NCBI GenBank assembly: GCA_050730875.1
Contig: JBOHNX010000001.1
Span: forward strand, 361,972 to 425,971
Length of the DNA: 64,000 nucleotides
Direction: 5' to 3'
Source: Candidatus Saccharimonadales bacterium
GTDB taxonomy: Bacteria > Patescibacteriota > Saccharimonadia > Saccharimonadales > EFPC-124
Within the stretch, counting starts at the first letter, position 1; every line of letters begins with the position of its first letter. The notes under the pieces were generated by a model. The model was given only the letters and a program-made list of their open reading frames with translations, searched no databases and was not told where the DNA came from. Position numbers and translations under genes: made by a program. Below, piece by piece: positions 30,914 through 38,225 of this stretch.

Positions 30914-30940
30914 TTAGCACTCCGTATGCAAGAGTGCTAA
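30914..30940 (-). promoter_or_regulatory. CIRCE element (HrcA operator) with embedded clpC promoter
   Basis: TTAGCACTC-CGTATGCAA-GAGTGCTAA is a perfect consensus match. On the gene strand TTGCAT (30931-30926), 17 nt, TATACT (30908-30903). Confidence 0.85.
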
Positions 30941-30972
30941 CTAATAAAATATTGTCCGCTTTCGAGCCGCTT

Positions 30973-31263
30973 TTACATGCGTCTGCGCCTAATTTCGTTT
31001 TCAAGCGCTTTTATCGCGCGATACTGCTCGTTACCTCCCCATACAAACTTACTATGATCTTCGAGGGATGGGTCTATCCCGCAACCCGCGATACCGTAAT
31101 CTGCGGTTTTGCGAGAGTCATAGCCAGTGCACTTTGCAATCGCCGAGCCCACTAGCCTCTTAACTTCAGCTGAACTGGCAGGTTCATCTAAAAGAGTTTG
31201 TCCCTCACGAGCAACAGGACAATTACGACACTCAGGCGGCAGCATGTCGGGCAGCTCGCCCAC
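30973..31263 (-). CDS. Hypothetical Cys-containing protein (96 aa)
   Basis: ORF directly downstream of nusA, with a 2-nt gap. Contains CRNC...C...C. I recognise no family. Confidence 0.5.
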   Translation of the reverse strand: MGELPDMLPPECRNCPVAREGQTLLDEPASSAEVKRLVGSAIAKCTGYDSRKTADYGIAGCGIDPSLEDHSKFVWGGNEQYRAIKALENEIRRRRM

Positions 31264-31265
31264 GG

Positions 31266-32408
31266 CTATCCCTCTTTGCTGGTTTCTTCAATCGCGTTCA
31301 GCAAGGAATCTTCGACGTTCTTCTTTGGCTTAGCTTTCGCTACAGTTTCGGTGTTACCGGCAGCGTCTTTAGCAGCTTCGATGTCAATTTCGTAACCGGT
31401 GAGGCGTGACGCCAGGCGGACGTTTTGCCCACCGCGACCAATAGCGATCGAAAGCTGGTCCGTCGCAACAAGTACCTTCGCGTGTTTGTTGGCTTCGTCA
31501 ATGGTGATGCTCGATACTTCAGCTGGGCTGAGGGCATTCGTAATGAACGTAACAGGATCGTCGCTAAAGGTGATGATGTCGACTTTTTCGCTGTCGCCAA
31601 TCTCGTTCATAACAGCCTGTACGCGGGTACCGTGGCCACCAACGAAGGTACCGACTGGGTCAACACCCGGCACGGTGCTGAGCACGGCAATTTTGGTGCG
31701 CTTGCCGGCTTCGCGAGCGATGGCTTTGATCTCTACTGCGCCGCTGTCCATCTCTGGTACTTCTTGGCGGAAGAGATACTCAATAAATGATTCGTTCGAA
31801 CGGCTCAAAATAAGCTGTGGACCGCGGTTACCGCGCTCAACATCTTTTAAGTACACTTTTACGCGCGAGCCAATGCCGTAATATTCACCAGGAATTTGCT
31901 CTGACTGCGGGATGATACCAGTTGCTTTGCCGAGCTCGACACGCACAACTCGCGGCTCGACACGCTGGACTGTACCGGTAATAACGGTGCCGATTTTGTC
32001 GGCATATTCTTCCATCACAACTTCGCGCTCAGCTTCGCGTAGCTTCTGCAAAATAACCTGCTTGGCCGTTTGTGCAGCAACGCGACCGAAGGTGGTTGGA
32101 TTGTCAGTTTCTTCAACGACATCGCCAACCTCAACATCTTTTTTGAGCTTTCGGCCTTCCTCGAGACTTACTTCGATAGCCGGGTCGGTGACTTCATCGA
32201 CAACTTGTTTGCTAATGTAAACGGTCACGGTGCCGTTGTTAGAATTAAGCTTCGCGCGAACTTCTTGCTCGCGATCACCAAAGTCGCGACGGTAGGCAGC
32301 CGCAACGGCTTGCTCGATAATATCGTGAACGGTGTCTTCGGGCAGATTTTTTTCATCTGCAATTTGCTTGATTGAGAGGGCGAGTTGTTTAATGTTTAAC
32401 TCGTGCAT
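31266..32408 (-). CDS. nusA: Transcription termination/antitermination factor NusA
   Basis: NTD, S1 and KH1/KH2 architecture (GDREQEVRAK..., GTVQRVEPRVVRVELG, VPGVDPVGTFVGGHGTRVQAV, AIGRGGQNVRLAS). ATG 32408 has AAGGA 7 nt upstream, whereas the track start at 32423 does not. Confidence 0.95.
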   Translation of the reverse strand: MHELNIKQLALSIKQIADEKNLPEDTVHDIIEQAVAAAYRRDFGDREQEVRAKLNSNNGTVTVYISKQVVDEVTDPAIEVSLEEGRKLKKDVEVGDVVEETDNPTTFGRVAAQTAKQVILQKLREAEREVVMEEYADKIGTVITGTVQRVEPRVVRVELGKATGIIPQSEQIPGEYYGIGSRVKVYLKDVERGNRGPQLILSRSNESFIEYLFRQEVPEMDSGAVEIKAIAREAGKRTKIAVLSTVPGVDPVGTFVGGHGTRVQAVMNEIGDSEKVDIITFSDDPVTFITNALSPAEVSSITIDEANKHAKVLVATDQLSIAIGRGGQNVRLASRLTGYEIDIEAAKDAAGNTETVAKAKPKKNVEDSLLNAIEETSKEG

Positions 32409-32435
32409 GTAAGTTCCTTTCATGTCTTAGGGCAG

Positions 32436-32461
32436 TAAAAAATCCGACCTGCCGGCCGGAT
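32436..32461 (-). terminator. Intrinsic terminator/attenuator in the nusA leader
   Basis: On the minus strand: ATCCGGCC-GGCA-GGTCGGAT followed by TTTTTT. It lies between the TATACT -10 box (32479-32474) and the nusA SD. No minus-strand gene lies upstream that it could terminate. Confidence 0.55.
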
Positions 32462-32523
32462 GTGTACACCTTGAGTATAACAAAGGGCTCGCGTTGAGTA
32501 AACCCATGCTACTATAAAACAAT

Positions 32524-35070
32524 ATGAATTCTACTACCGTTCAACGATTGCTGCCGCAGTTTGCGCCAGGGCATTACGACCTTACTATCAACCTGACCAA
32601 GCGCGAAAAACGACAGTTTAGCGGCGAAGTCACTATTACCGGCACACTTCAAAAGGCCGGCAAACAAATTACGCTCCATGCTCATGAACTGACAGTTGAG
32701 AGCGTGCAAATTGATGGCCATGACGCAACCTTCAAGATCGGCCAGGATGACGAGCTTATTTTGACTACAGCTCGTGAGCTTGCAAGCGGTGAGCATGAAA
32801 TTCACCTTGCGTTCAGCGGCACTATTACCGACCCGATGCACGGTCTGTACCCTTGCTACTTTAAGTTGGATGGTAAAGAAAAAGAGCTGCTGGCTACACA
32901 ATTTGAAAGTCACCATGCCCGCGAGGTGTTCCCGTGTATCGACGAACCTTCCGCCAAAGCAACTTTCGACCTGACGCTTATTACCGAAAAAGATGTCACC
33001 ACTCTCGCAAACACACCTGTTGCCCAGCAAAAAGAAGATGGCAACCAATTAACTACGACCTTCGACCGTACACCAAAAATGAGCACCTACTTGCTAGCGT
33101 TCGTGGTTGGCGAACTTGGTTATACCGAGACCACCAACGAACATGGTGTAAAAATCCGCGTGTATGCGACACCGGATAAAATTGAGCAAACTCGCTTCTC
33201 GCTCGATCTCGCCGCTAAAGCACTCGACTTTTACGATGATTACTTCGATAACCCATACCCACTGAAAAAATGTGACATGGTCGCTCTGCCGGATTTTTCA
33301 AGCGGCGCCATGGAAAACTGGGGACTTATTACCTACCGTGAAAGTTGTTTGCTAGTTGACCCTGAGAACACCGCCACCGACACTAAGCAGTTCATCGCAA
33401 CTGTTGTTTGCCACGAGCTTGCGCATCAATGGTTTGGCAACTTAGTGACCATGGCATGGTGGGATGATCTGTGGCTCAACGAAAGCTTTGCCAACTGGAT
33501 GGAGCACCACGCCGTCAACCACTTCTTTCCCGAGTGGCAAATGTGGGAGCAGTTCAGCAGCACCGAAAAGCAAATGGCGCTGACGCGCGATGGTTTAGCG
33601 AGCGTGCAATCGGTACAGCAACACGTTAGTCACCCCGAAGAAATTCGCAGTTTGTTCGACAGTGCAATTGTGTATGCAAAAGGTTCGTGCCTTATCCGAA
33701 TGTTGCACGAGTATTTAGGCGATATTACATTCCGTGACGGCCTACGTGTCTACATGCAACGTCACAAATACGGCAATACCGAAACGACCGATTTGTGGAA
33801 TACACTCAGCGAAGCATCTGGTAAAGATGTCGCCAGCTTTATGCAGCCGTGGGTGCACCAGTCTGGCCACCCTGTTGTAACAGTTGGCGCATCGGACTCC
33901 ACTGCCGTTCTGCACCAACGCCGCTTTTACGCCAGCCCAACGGAAGCCAAACCTCACGACCCAACTGCTTGGCCGGTACCGCTTTTGAGCGAATCAATCG
34001 GCCAGGACGTCATGAGTGAACTTACAGTAACCGTGCCAGTTGCGCACACCGATGCACCGTTTATGCTCAACAAAGGCTACACCGGCTTTTACCACACGCG
34101 CTACGACACCGAGCAGCTGGCGCACCTCGCTAAAGCTGTTAGTCAGGCGCAGGTGGCAGCAACTGATCGTCAGGGTTTATTGATTGATAACCTTGCCCTA
34201 ACGCGCGCAGGACTCCTTAAAACAACCGAGCTATTCAACTTGTTAGCCCACTACCACAACGAACCAAGCTATGCAGTTTGGCTCAGCATGACGAGCGTCA
34301 TTGGCGCACTGAAAGTGTTAGTTAATGAAGACCCTGTTCTCAAACCACATCTCCAGAAATATGTCGAACGCCTGGCAAAAGAAGAATTCCACCGTCTCGG
34401 TTGGGACAAGAAACCTGGCGAATCGTATTTTGACGAGCTCCTTCGTCCAAACATCATCGGCCTAATGGCATATGCTGAAACACCAGAGGTAGTCAGCCAC
34501 TCCCTGAAACTCTTCGACGAAGCCAAGTCACCGCAGGAGATTCCGGCAGACTTACGCGGTATTGTATACACCGTGGCCGTTCGCGAACGCGGGCAATCAG
34601 CCTTTGGCCGCCAGCTTGCATGGTACAAAGAAACAGCTTCGGCTGAAGAGCGAATTAACTTGTGCGCGGGCCTTACCAGCATGCGCGATGAAAATCTCGC
34701 CAACCAAGCAACCGAGCTGCTCACAACTAGAACTGTCAAACTGCAAGATTTGGGTTACTGGTTTGCGTACCTCATGCGCAATTCGCACGCCCGCAAAGCA
34801 ACTTGGGAATGGATGCACGCTAATTGGTCGTGGATCCAAAAGAACTTCAGCGCCGACATGCACTACACGGACTTTCCACGATATAGCGCCGCTGCATTCA
34901 GTACGCGCGAACAGCTTGCCGAGTATAAGAAATTCTTTGAGCCAAAGCAAAAAGAACCAGCACTTGCCCGCACTATTACTCAGGGCATAGAAGACATTGA
35001 AGTCCGCATGCTCTGGCGCGAACGTGACATTACGGGCATTGCAGACTATTTGCAAAAAACCGATCGCTAA
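32524..35070 (+). CDS. pepN: Aminopeptidase N (M1 family)
   Basis: GAMENWG exopeptidase motif and the HELAHQWFGN...WLNESFA zinc-binding signature. Confidence 0.95.
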   Translation: MNSTTVQRLLPQFAPGHYDLTINLTKREKRQFSGEVTITGTLQKAGKQITLHAHELTVESVQIDGHDATFKIGQDDELILTTARELASGEHEIHLAFSGTITDPMHGLYPCYFKLDGKEKELLATQFESHHAREVFPCIDEPSAKATFDLTLITEKDVTTLANTPVAQQKEDGNQLTTTFDRTPKMSTYLLAFVVGELGYTETTNEHGVKIRVYATPDKIEQTRFSLDLAAKALDFYDDYFDNPYPLKKCDMVALPDFSSGAMENWGLITYRESCLLVDPENTATDTKQFIATVVCHELAHQWFGNLVTMAWWDDLWLNESFANWMEHHAVNHFFPEWQMWEQFSSTEKQMALTRDGLASVQSVQQHVSHPEEIRSLFDSAIVYAKGSCLIRMLHEYLGDITFRDGLRVYMQRHKYGNTETTDLWNTLSEASGKDVASFMQPWVHQSGHPVVTVGASDSTAVLHQRRFYASPTEAKPHDPTAWPVPLLSESIGQDVMSELTVTVPVAHTDAPFMLNKGYTGFYHTRYDTEQLAHLAKAVSQAQVAATDRQGLLIDNLALTRAGLLKTTELFNLLAHYHNEPSYAVWLSMTSVIGALKVLVNEDPVLKPHLQKYVERLAKEEFHRLGWDKKPGESYFDELLRPNIIGLMAYAETPEVVSHSLKLFDEAKSPQEIPADLRGIVYTVAVRERGQSAFGRQLAWYKETASAEERINLCAGLTSMRDENLANQATELLTTRTVKLQDLGYWFAYLMRNSHARKATWEWMHANWSWIQKNFSADMHYTDFPRYSAAAFSTREQLAEYKKFFEPKQKEPALARTITQGIEDIEVRMLWRERDITGIADYLQKTDR

Positions 35071-35405
35071 ATGTCGTCGAGCCAACCATCTACCTGAGGT
35101 GGGTCGCCGCTTAGTTCTATCGCGGCCAAACGATAGTCCTGGTCTTTGCCGTGTTTGGCGATCCAAAATTCTGCTGCAAAGTGCATTTGCCGCTGTTTGC
35201 GTGAGGTAATGTAGTCGAACCCGGCGCCAAAGCGATTGCTAGCCCTATACTTTACTTCGACAAAATAAATAGTGTTTGCCTGCTGAGCAACTATGTCAAT
35301 CTCGCACCAACGCGTGCGCCAGTTTTGAGCGATAATTTTAAAGCCTTTTCGTGCAAGAAACTTGGCCGCCTCGTCTTCGGCCAGACGCCCACCCGCGGTG
35401 CTCAC
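35067..35405 (-). CDS. yraN: YraN family endonuclease (UPF0102)
   Basis: 112 aa. GEDEAAKFL-like N-terminus (LAEDEAAKFLARKGFKIIAQNWR) plus EIDIVA...FVEVKYR motifs. Confidence 0.85.
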   Translation of the reverse strand: MSTAGGRLAEDEAAKFLARKGFKIIAQNWRTRWCEIDIVAQQANTIYFVEVKYRASNRFGAGFDYITSRKQRQMHFAAEFWIAKHGKDQDYRLAAIELSGDPPQVDGWLDDI

Positions 35406-35963
35406 CTACGCAAATTCCTTTAAAGGCGCATAGCTCATGCGGTGAAGTTCGCACGGGCCGAGTTGGGTAATTGCTGCTCGGTGCACCGCCGTACCATAGC
35501 CAACGTGCTTGGCAAATTGGTAGCCGTTAAAGTGAATGTCCTGAGCTTGCATGTAGGTGTCGCGCGCAACTTTGGCTACAATTGAGGCGGCCATTACAGC
35601 AGGCACGTTGCTATCTGCTTTTATAACCGCTACCGCGCGGGAATCTTCGACTAGCTTTAAATGGCCATCAATAATAACGGCAGTAATAAGTTCTTGAGGA
35701 ATTTGCGCTAAGGCACGTTCTGCCGCAAGTTTGAGTGCGGCAGTAACACCAAGCGTGTCGATTTCGCGTGCGCTCGCCCAGCCTATACCTATGCCAGCTG
35801 CGAGTTCGCGAATTTTAGCAGCCATATATACACGCTTCTCGGCATTCAGGACCTTGCTGTCAGCCAAGCCTTTGCGAGATGCGCTGTCGCGCCAGGCTAC
35901 CGCCGCAACACAAATTGGCCCCGCCAAGCATCCTCGTCCAACTTCGTCTATCCCCACAATCAT
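35406..35963 (-). CDS. rnhB: Ribonuclease HII
   Basis: The MIVGIDEVGRGCLAGP N-terminus carries the DEVGRG catalytic motif. 185 aa. Confidence 0.93.
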   Translation of the reverse strand: MIVGIDEVGRGCLAGPICVAAVAWRDSASRKGLADSKVLNAEKRVYMAAKIRELAAGIGIGWASAREIDTLGVTAALKLAAERALAQIPQELITAVIIDGHLKLVEDSRAVAVIKADSNVPAVMAASIVAKVARDTYMQAQDIHFNGYQFAKHVGYGTAVHRAAITQLGPCELHRMSYAPLKEFA

Positions 35964-36010
35964 GTCGATATAAGTCTAGCATAATTTTTAGTAGAGCCGC
36001 GCTCGCCTAT

Positions 36011-36038
36011 AAAAAACCGCCGTGTTTGGCGGCGGTTT
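36011..36038 (-). terminator. Rho-independent terminator after rplS
   Basis: CCGCCG (36017-36022) pairs with CGGCGG (36030-36035). On the minus strand it is followed by TTTTTT. Confidence 0.75.
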
Positions 36039-36055
36039 CGGTTTTAGGCTTGTTC

Positions 36056-36553
36056 TTATTTTTCGTTGTTGCCGTTGCCTTCGGCAGCTTTGAGCTCTGC
36101 AGCTTCTTCTTTTGCGTGTTGGTCGTGCTTTTCGGCAGCTTCTTCTTTAATATGTTCGATTTCTTCTTCGGCAGCTTTGTTGGCAGCGTTCACCTTAGTC
36201 TTGTCAAAGTCAACACCGGTCAAACGGGCCGACTTACCACTGCGCTCACGCAGGTAGCTAAGGTACTTGCGACGTACTTTGCTTCGCTTAGTGACTTCAA
36301 CCTTCAATACGAGTGGGCTGTGCAGCAAGAAGGTCTTTTCAACGCCAATACCGCTAGCTACGCGGCGTACGGTGATGCTGCTTGTCAGGCTGTCCTTGCG
36401 GTCAGTACGGATAACCACACCTTCGAACACCTGCACACGCTCTTTGTTACCTTCTTTAATTTTTTGGTGCACACGAACAGTATCGCCCGAACGAACGTCG
36501 ACAACTTTTTTCTTACGCTGTGCTTGCTCTACAGCTTGAATCAAATGAAACAT
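36056..36553 (-). CDS. rplS: 50S ribosomal protein L19 with a ~50-aa acidic/Lys-rich C-terminal extension
   Basis: The L19 core is FRSGDTVRV-like (VRSGDTVRVHQKIKEGNKERVQVFEGVVI...RRKYLSYLR). The tail is AANKAAEEEIEHIKEEAAEKHDQHAKEEAAELKAAEGNGNNEK. Confidence 0.95.
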   Translation of the reverse strand: MFHLIQAVEQAQRKKKVVDVRSGDTVRVHQKIKEGNKERVQVFEGVVIRTDRKDSLTSSITVRRVASGIGVEKTFLLHSPLVLKVEVTKRSKVRRKYLSYLRERSGKSARLTGVDFDKTKVNAANKAAEEEIEHIKEEAAEKHDQHAKEEAAELKAAEGNGNNEK

Positions 36554-36651
36554 TTGGTGACTCTCTTTACAGATTTTTTATGACAATCAGATAGATTCTA
36601 CCATATATGAGGCTGTATGAAAAGGGTTGGTGGGTGTAAAATAAGGACACA

Positions 36652-37077
36652 ATGACCTTCTTCAATCATGTGCTAGCCGGGGCATCGATTGCGGTCGTCG
36701 TACGCGATCCACTTTTGGCTGCGCCGCTCGCACTTGCCTCCCACTTTGCGCTAGACATGATGCCACACTTTTGGCACGACACCTTTAAACCGTGGACCAA
36801 AAGTTTCGTAAGTTACCTGTTTATTGATACAATACTCTCGATTGCGGCGCTCGCACTAAGCTTAGCTCTTTTCCCGCAATTAGGATTAGTAATACTCCTT
36901 TGTACTGGACTTGCAACTTTACCCGATTGGCTCTGGGCGGCCCATTATGGAAAAGGCGTCCAGCATAAATTTTTTGACTTTCACCACAAAATACAGCGGT
37001 ACGAGAAACCGTGGGGCGCATTTATTGAAGCACCTTTCACGGCAGTGCTTGTTGTACTACTTTGGTCGCTTGCTTGA
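36652..37077 (+). CDS. Hypothetical polytopic membrane protein (possibly DUF457/YdjM-like hydrolase)
   Basis: 141 aa with about 4 hydrophobic segments. N-terminal MTFFNHVLAG and several conserved-looking His residues. The family call is tentative. Confidence 0.6.
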   Translation: MTFFNHVLAGASIAVVVRDPLLAAPLALASHFALDMMPHFWHDTFKPWTKSFVSYLFIDTILSIAALALSLALFPQLGLVILLCTGLATLPDWLWAAHYGKGVQHKFFDFHHKIQRYEKPWGAFIEAPFTAVLVVLLWSLA

Positions 37078-37089
37078 TACAATAGAGCG

Positions 37090-38223
37090 ATGAATATCGA
37101 CGAACAAGCTCTCGCCATTCACAAAAAGTATGGCGGTAAAATGACGCTCGCACTGCGAGACATTCCTGATAGCAAAGAAAAATTATCCCTCTATTACACG
37201 CCTGGCGTTGCGGCGGTTTCTAAGCAAGTTGCCTCGCATCCTGAAACACTGCGTGATTACACTTGGACCAATAATCTGGTAGCCGTTGTATCTGACGGTT
37301 CGGCCGTACTTGGTCTGGGCAATATCGGCCCAGAAGGTGCATTGCCGGTTATGGAAGGCAAGGCAATGCTGTTTAAACACTTTGCTAATGTGGATGCCGT
37401 GCCGATTGTGCTGAATGTCCATTCGGTTGATGAAATCGTAGCCGCTGTTAAGGCCATGGCGCCGAGCTTTGGCGGCATTAACTTAGAAGATATCGCTGCG
37501 CCGCAATGTTTTGAGATCGAGGAACGACTAAAGTCTGAGCTCGATATTCCGGTGATGCACGATGACCAACACGGCACGGCAATTGTTGTGTTGGCGGGTC
37601 TTATTAACGCAATGAAAGTTGTTGGCAAGAATTTGAGCGACTGCAAAATTGTCATTGTTGGTGCTGGTGCGGCCGGTGTGGCGATCGCGAAGTTGCTGCA
37701 AACGTATGCTGAGCCGCAAATCATCGCCGTCGATAGTAAGGGTGTTATTCACGCTGGACGGAACGACTTAAATGAATCGAAGCAGCGATTGGCAGAAATC
37801 ACCAATGCACCAACCGAGCAGGTTAGCCTGGACGAAGTAATCGTAAATGCGGATATTGTGGTGGGTGTTTCGGGGCCAGGTTCAATCACTCCAGATCACG
37901 TTCGGAGCATGGCAAAAGATGCGGTTGTGTTTGCGCTGGCGAATCCAACACCCGAAATCATGCCCGACCTCGCCAAGCAAGCCGGTGCTACCGTGGTCGC
38001 AACTGGCCGGAGTGACTTCCCAAACCAAGTCAACAATGCTCTGGCGTTCCCAGGTATCTTCCGCGGCGCGCTGGATAATCGGGTTACTGAAATTACAGAT
38101 CAACATAAAATTGCTGCCGCCGAGGTAATTGCTTCACTCATTGAAGACCCAACCGCCGAGAATATCATTCCGCCTGTCTTTAACGAGCAGCTGGTAAAGA
38201 AAATCGCCGATGTTATACGCTAG
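37090..38223 (+). CDS. NAD(P)-dependent malic enzyme (short form)
   Basis: LSLYYTPGVAAV...VVSDGSAVLGLGNIGPEGALPVMEGKAMLFK...GGINLEDI...GAGAAG are malic-enzyme N-terminal and NAD-binding signatures. Confidence 0.92.
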   Translation: MNIDEQALAIHKKYGGKMTLALRDIPDSKEKLSLYYTPGVAAVSKQVASHPETLRDYTWTNNLVAVVSDGSAVLGLGNIGPEGALPVMEGKAMLFKHFANVDAVPIVLNVHSVDEIVAAVKAMAPSFGGINLEDIAAPQCFEIEERLKSELDIPVMHDDQHGTAIVVLAGLINAMKVVGKNLSDCKIVIVGAGAAGVAIAKLLQTYAEPQIIAVDSKGVIHAGRNDLNESKQRLAEITNAPTEQVSLDEVIVNADIVVGVSGPGSITPDHVRSMAKDAVVFALANPTPEIMPDLAKQAGATVVATGRSDFPNQVNNALAFPGIFRGALDNRVTEITDQHKIAAAEVIASLIEDPTAENIIPPVFNEQLVKKIADVIR

Positions 38224-38225
38224 CG

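Noticed and set aside
32512-33048. 178-aa minus-strand ORF overlapping the 5' end of pepN
   Set aside because: It lies entirely within the strongly supported aminopeptidase N gene on the other strand. It would also run through the nusA-pepN promoter region, and it has no motifs.
35879-36583. 234-aa plus-strand ORF spanning rnhB, the terminator and rplS
   Set aside because: It is antisense to two conserved genes and crosses an intergenic terminator. The F/L/V-rich translation is typical of a shadow frame of Lys/Glu-rich coding sequence.
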